From positions 1,674,001 through 1,738,000 of the forward strand of contig NW_027271016.1 in the NCBI RefSeq assembly GCF_040938485.1: a stretch of 64,000 nucleotides of DNA, given 5' to 3'. Positions 40,516 to 50,150 of the stretch are shown here, piece by piece. The notes beneath the pieces are model-generated. The model did no database searches. It was given only the letters and a program-made list of their open reading frames with translations, and was not told where the DNA came from. This DNA is from Diadema antillarum (lineage: Eukaryota). Both the position numbers and the translations under genes were made by a program. Numbering within the stretch: the stretch's first letter is position 1; each line of letters starts with the position of its first letter.

Positions 40516-41813
40516 ATTGAAGGATGCGAATTCTGTTTAAACGTCCATTTTTAGAAGATTCCCACTGTACGTTCTATTATTCACCAATGACTGACACTCA
40601 CTGGTGAGTTTGTTATGTCATTATTTCCCTAAAGGTACTGCAATATTGCACAGATACTTTGACACTGGTTTTAGTGGAATGCTTCAGGATAAGATAACAT
40701 GTCCAGTTCAGCACGATCTGATTTCAGAAAGTTTGTCAAATACTTGTGATTCATTAGTTCTTCTCACAAAGCTACAAATCATAGCAACTCTCAAGATAAT
40801 CAAGACACATGTTTTTACCATCTTATTTAAAGAGTATTAAGCAGCTGCTTGATTCATTCATTAATTAAGAAACAAAAAAAAGTCTTGATATCAATTCACA
40901 TACTACTACTTTTTCATAACAATTGTAAAGATGAGATTATGATAAGAATCATGTTTCAACGGCTACAAGCTGCAAACATGGTGCTAAAAAAAATAATGCG
41001 TGATTCGTAAATGTCTTTATGCGTAATTCCGTTATGCGTAATTCCGTTAATGTAACTTGATACGCTTGCACCTTTTCTTGAATACATCATGGAAGAAGAT
41101 CTTCATCTCAAAAGCAAAGAGTTTGAGACAAGCTCTCCATCAGTCAGAGTGGCATGTTGACAACAGTTTTTTTTTTAAAGTATCAGGTAAAAGAAAGCAC
41201 GTCAAGGTAATATTCAAGTTTTCTTAATAGCGTTTTCGATCGTTACCCATTGTTGGAACGACTTCTTCTAGCTCATCAGTGATTGGTCGCTGTTATTGTC
41301 TGACTATATGACATACAGACAATTTAGATGACTTTGACATAAAGAGATTTACGACCGTTAACCGATAATGCAACGACCGGTCCATTACTTCCTTGGAAAA
41401 ACTTTGTATCCTCAGGCTCTCTGATGAACTGTCACGAGAAATGTCACGGCAATGAAAAGGGATTCCGATGATGATATAGCCCGCCCATCCATAAGCGCGT
41501 CGATATTTTAGGATTCCACCGAACAGCGTGCGGGCTGCGTAGCTGACGAATCTCCCTTATAGCAAATTGACCGATCACGTGGTATATATCCAATGCATAT
41601 CTCTATTACGACCTGGCGCTGCGCACAGTCGGTGAAAGTGTCGTTCCATGCTGAGACCGTAATGAGCAGTGGATGTGTATGCATCCATCCAGTTGGTTAA
41701 GCATAAGTGACACATCTGGCCCTACATTTCGAAGCAGGTGTGTAAGTTTGCTTAAATGCACCACTGGAAATAAAATAAAACATAATTATGCACGTATATA
41801 GTTATGTATATAT

Positions 41814-41859
<46 letters not shown>

Positions 41860-41874
41860 GTGCATGAGGCTGAA

Positions 41875-42017
41875 TGCACTATAACAATATAAGCACCGAC
41901 AAATTCTGAATTTGCCCCGAAGGCCAGTTATATTCAATGAGGCCGCAGGCCGAATTGAATATAATTGCCTGAGGGCAAATTCAGAATTTGGAGGTGCTTG
42001 GTACTTGTTATAGTGCA
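41875..42017. repeat. ~143-bp imperfect palindrome with a GAGGCCGCAGGCCGA loop
   Basis: Arms TGCACTATAAC..AAGCACCGACAAATTCTGAATTTGCCC..TTATATTCAAT and ATTGAATATAA..GGGCAAATTCAGAATTTGGAGGTGCTT..GTTATAGTGCA. Confidence 0.9.
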
Positions 42018-42236
42018 ATAAGATGTCATGCACTATGTGATATATAAAATAGCATACATACCCAGGCAAGATAAGCCTACATCATTTCTAACAGTTACAC
42101 GTGTCTACACAAGCAATAATACCAGTTTCTTTGAACCTGTGTAGACAAAATCCTGAAGATCCAAATTAGTCTAGGGTCTACGTGGTTATATCTAACGTTT
42201 TCTAGGCCCTACGATAGGTTAGGTCTAGGACCCTAG

Positions 42237-42539
42237 CAGAGACTCCAACTCTCCCGTTTTCGACGGGAGATCTCCCGCCGAAAGCCCATTTTTGCACAAT
42301 CTCCCGTTCTCCCGTTTGAGATTTGATTTCTCCCGCCCTGGCTCTGTGTCTCCCGGTGGAAAGGATTTCTTACTTATTTCTATCGTATGTTGAAAAAATA
42401 AGCCTTAGATAGCACCAGAGAACATCTAGAATCCTAGGAACTTCGCGCTTCGCACACATCAACTTGGAGTCTCCCGTTTGCTAGGGGTTTCGGGCGGGAG
42501 AATCTCCAGATCAGAAGGTGGTTGGGGTTGGAGTCTCTG
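42237..42539. mobile_element. hAT-like MITE with a 6-bp TSD
   Basis: Perfect 13-bp TIR CAGAGACTCCAAC / GTTGGAGTCTCTG, CCCTAG directly on both sides, and internal CTCCCG/CGGGAG repeats. Confidence 0.85.
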
Positions 42540-42829
42540 CCCTAGGGGCCCTGGCCTAACGTTTTTATACTAGATCTACGTACCGGTACGCTGTACTGTA
42601 CGTCACTTATACGAGCGACAGAGCTAGTCAACACTTGACCCTACAATAGGTCTAACACTAGCTACCATGGATCTAGCAGTAACACTAACAGTAACACGTT
42701 AGACGCCCTACTTACTGCACTGTGGGTCCAGGACCAGGACTAGATGATGTTTTGTAGGATTAGGGATCTACTGGATTTAAACACAAGGCTCGTGCCAGGC
42801 CCCATGCCATGCTGCACATGCGGATTCCG

Positions 42830-42901
42830 AGAGTGTGTTGTGAATGTCGTAGTAAAGTTCATAGCGTAGCGTGGTGATCAAAGAGCGCTTATTTTAGCGT
42901 A
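42830..42901 (-). pseudogene. Crypton-like ORF remnant, downstream piece
   Basis: Reads KRSLITTLRYELYYDIHN. This resembles the Y.K.SL.T.RYGL motif that follows FYAEVR..DG in Crypton/DUF3504-related proteins. Confidence 0.6.
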
Positions 42902-44765
42902 TAGACCGATTCAAGCGACTGTTCATGGAAGTGCGCCCTCTTAAGGCGACGCCATAACTGGGGGCCAAACAGGCTGGGTCGGCAAGCGCCCTGCGTGCGT
43001 AGCAAGGGTGCCAGCGGCAGCCAGTGCTTTTACCACCCGGCGCCAGCCGGCCAGCTAGCTATCTCTGGCGCTGGCAGCGATCGACGCATCTGGCTTTGTG
43101 ACAACAAGAGTCTACTTTTTTTTTTCGCTAGCTAATTAAAAAAAAAAAAAAAAATAAACAACTTATACCGACTATGAGTGAATGGGTAGATGACATACGG
43201 CTGTAGCCAAAACTTGAATTTCAAGGTAAATATCGGCACGATCCGTGAATGTTTGTAGACTATTTCTTTGGCGATGACTTGGGTACTCGCGTGTAAGCCC
43301 CGTAGATTCACATTTGTGGAAGAGAATAAAAACCGCTGGGGAGAATTATTGCTAGGCGCAGGCAGACGTCTTGCTAATAAGCCTAGGCTGTTGACAAGTT
43401 AACTGATATATAAGTAAATACAAATAATGAATAAGAATCTTGAGCTAGATATGGCGTAATAAATTGCAAGCAATCAGTTAACTTAACCTAATTTTAGGGC
43501 AGGCTAGGCTTTACTCGGGAGTGTCGGGCCAGCAGAGTACAATCTGTCTAACGTTAGATCTTGTCTAGAAATCTAGGCAAGAGTCCAGACTAGATCTAGA
43601 CCTATTGACTTCTAGAACCCGTCCCTACACGACGGTTGTCGATAACTTCAGGCAAGCCTAACTAAGCAAACCAAACGGAATATAAATCTAGGCGTTTCTG
43701 ATAGGCCGTATATGCCTAAACTTACGAAACGACTACGTCGCCTGATGTCTACAACCAAAACTTCTACTGCTTTAGGTCTAAGTAACCTTGCATAACATCA
43801 CGCTAACGCCTAATATCATAATCTACAAAAGTGATTTTTAAATCATACTTTATTAGTATGATTATGAAACGGATGTTTGCCACCATCCATGATTTAATAT
43901 TTATAAGTATCACTTTATCAAAAGTCAAATTCAGAGTTCCAGGCCAAAATTGAATAGGCCTATGGTTAATTCAGTGCTGAACATTGAAGAAGTGCAAACA
44001 ATATAAGAATTTAACGCATCTTGAAACATTTATTTAGCTGTAGTGTAGACTGTAAAATGTTTGTCATAATAATACAGTCTAGCCATGAAGTGTATTCTAA
44101 CTTTGGCAAGTAGGACACGAAGGATTTGTTAAAAAAAAAAAAAAAAAATCAGTGAATTATCAAATTCTTTGATCTTTGATCTAAACTTGTCTTCTAAGAT
44201 GAACAACTTATTTTACGAATATGCAGTGATAACCTAATTAAATAGAGAATCTAGTAGACATAGTTTGTTTCGAAATCTGTGCATTTTTATACCGTTGTAT
44301 TTTACTTAATTGTCTTAATTTTGCCTTGATTTATTATGCGTCAGCGGTGTCTGAATTTCACACACTGCCGTGCTGTTTCCATTTCCATTTTTCTGTTATT
44401 TGTGTACCCAACAACTGCACGATGTGTTTTCCTGATCCTTCCTTTGAAGCTTTCAAAGTAGATCAATATGTCTGAATCACTCAATTTGTCCAAAAGAAGG
44501 GCATTAAAAGCCGCTGAATGACTTTTCCACACAGTGAGTAAACAATCACAATTATGATATTAGCGCGGCGCCGGCGGTCGCCGGCCGCGGCGCAGCGGCC
44601 AGGCCCGGCTAACTATGCGCGATGGGTACGCTAGGCTGCTAGCTGCAAGTGCAACTCGCTGGGTAGCTAGCTCGCTGGAAGCCCCCGTTGGCTCCCAGTT
44701 ATGGCGACCGTTATAGCGCCGCTAGCGGCGGTAGGTGAATAGGTCATCGAAATTGAATCGGTCTA
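42902..44765. mobile_element. TA-flanked non-autonomous DNA transposon with TAG...CTA termini (possibly Academ-like)
   Basis: Perfect 13-bp TIR TAGACCGATTCAA / TTGAATCGGTCTA. A second inverted motif CGCCATAACTGGG.GCCAA at ~42950 and 44687-44706. GC-rich subterminal arms and TA on both sides. It interrupts the Crypton-like ORF. Confidence 0.75.
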
Positions 44766-45013
44766 TACTGTACACGCCACACGCTGCCCATTTCCACGGC
44801 GCACTTCCGCGTAGAATGTACGGAGGAAGCGGCACAAATCATGGGTTGACTTGCTCAGTAATATCCGTCGGATTGATTCCTTTTTCAGAACAGTAGGAGT
44901 CCAAAATTCGTAGGGCGTATTTGATGGCATCCTTTGTGTCCTTATTGTCTAAGATACTGTTTATGTAGATCAGTCTCTCTAAAAGTAGCGAACCTGTTCA
45001 TTTCAGCTTCCAT
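44766..45013 (-). pseudogene. Crypton-like ORF remnant, N-terminal piece (two frameshifts)
   Basis: MEAEMNRFATFRETDL / NSILDNKDTKDAIKYALRILDSYCSEKGINPTDI / LSKSTHDLCRFLRTFYAEVRRGNGQ. Matches the remembered Crypton N-terminal pattern (RF......L....NK....TK.A....F...C......L...L..FYAEVR..DG). Confidence 0.75.
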
Positions 45014-45588
45014 GTTTAAATCTACCGCTGAAAGTCTAGTCCCATCACACAGATAAGTTGCTGGCATAGCCAGCCTGCGAGAATTGGGAATAACGATAAT
45101 ATCGAGCAAAACATATCGCGGTTGTGGCGCAATCGCGTTGATAAGGTGCGGGATTCAAGTACTCGATGATTAAAATGAGGGAGCAAAAACCGATATCAAA
45201 TCGATAGTGGGTTATCGTTTGCAATCGTTATATTTTGCGTGCACTATAACTTTTGTCGTGCACTGCCGGCCTGTATCATAAGTATGTATGCTATTTTATA
45301 TATATATATATGTATATATATATGTTCAAATTCTCTAGTATGTGAATACATAGGCCTACAATGCATATGTATATCTATGTATATGCACATACATGTATAT
45401 ATGCATATTTATTTATTTATTCATTTATTTATTTATGTATTATATAACACATATTATATACTCATATATTCCTTTATTGTATAATGTTCAAACAATTTGA
45501 TTTATGTGAGCCATGACGGGCGAAAAAGTTTAAATCCGTCTGTATGTGTCCGAGAATGAAAGCGACGGGGAAGAGGATGATGGTTTAA

Positions 45589-45965
45589 AGGGATTGTATA
45601 GTTTTGGTTGAGACCTAACTTCAGGTTTCTAACATTTTTTGTTGAGATAATTATAAGCCTCTTTTGAAATGTGAAAGAGCATGCAATTCCAAGGGGAATA
45701 CAAGGTATATTTGATGGAAATTGGTTTACAAATGGCTGAGATATCCAAAACAGAGCAATCCTGATAAAAGGTGGGACCCACCTGTTATTATGATCGCTTT
45801 GTTTTACTTTGTTTTTGGATGTCTCAGCCATATCAAAGCCGATTTCCATCAAAACTCGAATTCCTCTTAAAATGGCATGCTGTGTACTATTTCATAAGTG
45901 GTTTCTTAGTATCTCGCAAAAAGTTATAGTCCAATCCTCGTCTCCACCAATACTATACTATCCCT
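45589..45965. mobile_element. TTAA-flanked MITE (Kolobok-like), copy 1
   Basis: TTAA-AGGGATTGTATAG ... CTATACTATCCCT-TTAA (12/13 TIR match), with an internal palindrome centred on GTGGGACCCAC. Confidence 0.88.
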
Positions 45966-47229
45966 TTAAGTCTTTCCAAGGAGGTAGTAGGCCCTCCTCG
46001 ATCTTTCCAGGTTGTCGTGTAATAGGGGTCAACTCCGGATGCTATACTAATACATTAAATAAGTGGGAACTACATAAGAGAGGTAGAGACTAGCCGCCTT
46101 CCGTGATATTGTATGATATTCCGCGATGATGTACTTAACGACAATGATGAGGACACTTCAAAAAAAAAAAACAAAAAAAAAAACACCACAGACTATTTCC
46201 GGTAAGGTAAAAAGTTTTGGTGCAGCTCACGCTGATCTTTTAGTAATTCGGAATAGCCAGTACACAGATCGAATGACTTTACCACTTTTATCTTGTCAAA
46301 AATTGGAATACATTGAAGATGATCGGAATGCTAACGATGAGAAACAGAAAAAATAACGACAAAATGGTAATGGTAATAATAACAATAATCATGATTAAAA
46401 TTGATGATAATGATAAAAATAAGAATAACACCAAGAACCCTCATACAGCAAAATTCAGAACTGAGAAAACTTACATAGCTACAGAAAAACGGCACAACAT
46501 TGATAATTAAGTAGCTCTAAACTCATCATTTGAATAGGTTTAAAACATCAGGATCTGAAATGTTCAGTAGTTGATAATATGTATATGACAAAAACGATAG
46601 CAATATTAAAGAATATTTATAATCCCAATGTTATGCACAACATGACGTTTGGATTATTTGTCCTTTTGTTTTGCATTTTTCTTTCTTTTTTGCGGGGGTG
46701 GAGGTACTTGTATGTAGTGATTTGCTCGTGATATAACGCATCGGGTTGTTATTGACCAAGAATTGACATCATGTGTTTGATACATCTACATTTTATAACC
46801 GACTACTGGTACTTGTCTTCTCAAACCCCTACATTGATAGCCAGGAAGACATTCAGTGTTTGTATTCTGAACAAATTGCAATGGCTGGGGTCGATATGCT
46901 GGGAGGTAGATCAATATGCGCATGCGCGAAAGAGAACTCTTCAGATTGTGGTTCCGTACCAAGAGAAGCCGGCGCCCTGTTCATGTAAAGGTACGGTCTG
47001 TAATGGGATGGAGCGGTTTGCCCTGTGATTGTAACGCACGGGGTTGTTATCTGCTGCAGAAATCGAAGCATGCTAGCTCCTTGTATGTAGGGAACGGCAA
47101 TAACATCGCCAACTCTAAGGTCGTCGACCATTATGTACCATTCGCGTAATTACGTTCGCTTTTCCGACTTCTTAAGGCATAACCAGAAGACAAGATAAGC
47201 CTAGGTTAGTCATACACATTATATACATT

Positions 47230-47378
47230 NNNNNNNNNNNNNNNNNNNNNNNNNNNNNNNNNNNNNNNNNNNNNNNNNNNNNNNNNNNNNNNNNNNNNNN
47301 NNNNNNNNNNNNNNNNNNNNNNNNNNNNNNNNNNNNNNNNNNNNNNNNNNNNNNNNNNNNNNNNNNNNNNNNNNNNNN
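47230..47378. other. Assembly gap (149 N)
   Basis: Run of N. Confidence 1.
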
Positions 47379-49014
47379 CTTTGATGCAAACACATTTTAT
47401 TATAGTGAAGTGCTGATAGGGCAATATCTGTTTTCGAACCGAAAATGGTCTCTGGGGATATTCGCAATTACTGAAATGGCAACAACGCAAATTCACTATT
47501 ACCTCGTAATAGGTCATCAATGTTGATAAGGCGTCTTGTTGTTGAAAATGGCTTCAGGATATAATTTTCTTTTTGGTCAATTGATTTGCCTTATAGTTCA
47601 CAAGAATATCTATTGACCAAAAATTTAGATAGAGGCCATCTATGGCCAAGAAAAAAAAAATGGTCTTTTTCTTCTCTGCAGATGTGAATTTTGGCAAGAA
47701 GGTCAATAAATACAAAGTGTTCAAAATGCAAATATGCCCTAGATGAAATAAGGTTATCATTTGTAAAAGTTACATTATTACCCTCTACGTTGCCCTGACT
47801 GTAGGATACGACGTGAGCGATCATTATAACAATTTGCTAAATGATTGCCCCATATACCCGTGTGTTTTTGGTCTTTCATAGACCTTCATTTCGTGTAACG
47901 ATACTACAAAAGGGGGCAAACTATTTTGATCCAAGAATCTGGGCAATGGAGACAGAGATTTAGAATCCTTCCCACTTTGTTAATTTGCAGTTAGCACAAT
48001 TATTATTTGTCCAGATCCTCTTAAAAACCAAACATTCCGTACAACATGGAAGGAAATGGTCACTTCTTGCAAACTACTCTTCGAAAAAAAAAAGTCACAG
48101 AGAAGAGAATGTATGTCATAGACTTATTTGGTGCTTCCACCAAGCAGGCAATGCGTATTTGAAACAGATTCTATGATCTATTCTATTATATGGTTCTATT
48201 CCTTTCTTTGCGAGAATCTATCTTTTGTTCATTGCGAGGAGTGCCAAAGCGATTTGCCACGAAACAAGTCATGGGAAGTGGGAGTAGTAAATGTTGTTAT
48301 GGAGGCCGCAAACTGTGGGAGAACTGATGAGGTAAAATCGAGACGAAGCAATATATTTTGCAGTAATGGGAAGAAAAATCTGTAATTTGTCACTTGCGTG
48401 CAGGTGAGTCGCCTGCACGTGACTGTCCAAAGAATGATTTTGTTGTTTGTTTGTTTGTCATGTGTTTTGTTCTACACTTGCTGCAGAGCGAGATAATTCG
48501 CTCTGACCACGACGAAAGCTATTTTCTGCTGGTTTGGAAAGCGACATGGAGGCTTTTTTGTTTTGTTTTGTTTCGGACCACCACCTCATCCTAGTTGAAA
48601 CGTACGAATTAAGTGGTTTAGACCATGGAGAGACTAGAGAAAACCAAGGACCTGCAATACCTCATTCGGGGTAGTAAAGTAGTTTGGGCTTTTTTTTTTT
48701 CAGCCATCAGAGCCTCACCGCCAGCTTAGGTGTGGAATGAACTCATCTCGCAAACAGTCTCCCATCGTGATCATTGTTAGTCTGTATAGTATGAGTTTGA
48801 GCAGGTTCTTCATCACGAGCACGGAAGTGTATTACTATCTGTCAAGAAACTCTTTACAGCCCCGCCTACTTCGTAAATCGAGATACCATCACCACGGCAA
48901 CCAAGCGTGATTGACAATGATGACTATCTAGGCTTTAGTGTTGGATAATACACCTCCTCCTTCACTGTGTGCGTGGGTGTACGTGTGCATGAGAAAGAGA
49001 GGAGAGAGGGGGTG

Positions 49015-49028
49015 GGGAGGAGGAGAGA

Positions 49029-49076
<48 letters not shown>

Positions 49077-49095
49077 TGACAGACAGAGAAGATAG
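49015..49095. repeat. Purine-rich (GA)n/(GACA)n microsatellite
   Basis: Read directly from the sequence. Confidence 0.95.
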
Positions 49096-50112
49096 AAGAG
49101 AGCAGGCATTCTGATATCAGTAAAAGACAATGACATGAATGTCTGGAGACCGCATTTTCATCAGGTTTAAACTAAACTAAATGCTACTATTGCCAGGTAT
49201 TAACTTGATTTGATTCATTTTCATTCGTTTGTTTGACAGGGCCTATAATTATAGTCAGCGGTCTCATCACCACGCATAAATAAAGAAGCATATTGATATC
49301 ATGACGCAACGCCGAACGCAGAGCATGTATGTGACTTGGGCATTACAGCGGCATTGTTGAACGGAACTTGCTTTTTTGAAATGCTTGAAGGCTAAAGCTG
49401 TGGTTTGTTTTCATTCTTTGACAGATTACAATCAATATCGGCGCATTAATTGTGTCAGATGGTTTCTTTTTCCTGTAATAAGCTGCTTTTAAACTTGTCT
49501 CATATGCATATTAATTCGTTACTCACGAGCCTCGTCTGGTTGTTTGTGTTTGATCGCGGAAGAGTATTATCACGCCCGAAGAAACATTATGTACTTCGCG
49601 TCATTTTCCCCCGATCATTGTTGCGAAACTCGGATAAAAATTTGCATGGATTTTTAACCACAGACTGCCTCAGAGCAAAATTTGGAATGTTTACTCTGTG
49701 GAAACAACATGAAAATGATTTGCCAGTATCACGTTTTACGATTCCCTGGGGGTGTTTATTATGGTAGTCCAACTTTGCAACCCTTTTCGTTATATTATCG
49801 TACCAAATTTTGACCTGATTATTGCTTGATGAGAACGCGTAGAGAGTCTCACTCTATGGCAAAACTTTGTGAATCTCTTTCCTTCTTTGCAGCATCAAAA
49901 TGAAAAGGTTTCCCTCGGGAGAAGTGAATTCGTTCTCTTGAGAAGCGGACAGACGACTTCTTGGAGGAAAGAAAACCGCCACCAGCGGGCGTCGTGAGTG
50001 GAATAATTGACTGAAATCAGAGGAAAGTCAGTAAATCATGCAAAAAACACCGCCTCTTGGAGTCACTATAAATCAATGACAACCCTGTCTTACATATTTG
50101 TGTGAGCGTCTG

Positions 50113-50150
<38 letters not shown>

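Larger units (their letters stand above)
41858..45250 (-). mobile_element. Internally deleted Crypton-like element with nested insertions
   Basis: TGCACTATAAC occurs as a direct repeat at 41875-41885 and 45240-45250. A long palindrome lies at the left end and a Crypton/DUF3504-like ORF remnant lies inside. Exact termini are inferred. Confidence 0.6.

Noticed and set aside
42504-42519. 16-nt match CTCCAGATCAGAAGGT to tRNA-Trp inside the hAT-like MITE
   Set aside because: No A/B boxes or cloverleaf around it. It lies in the subterminal region and is most likely coincidence.
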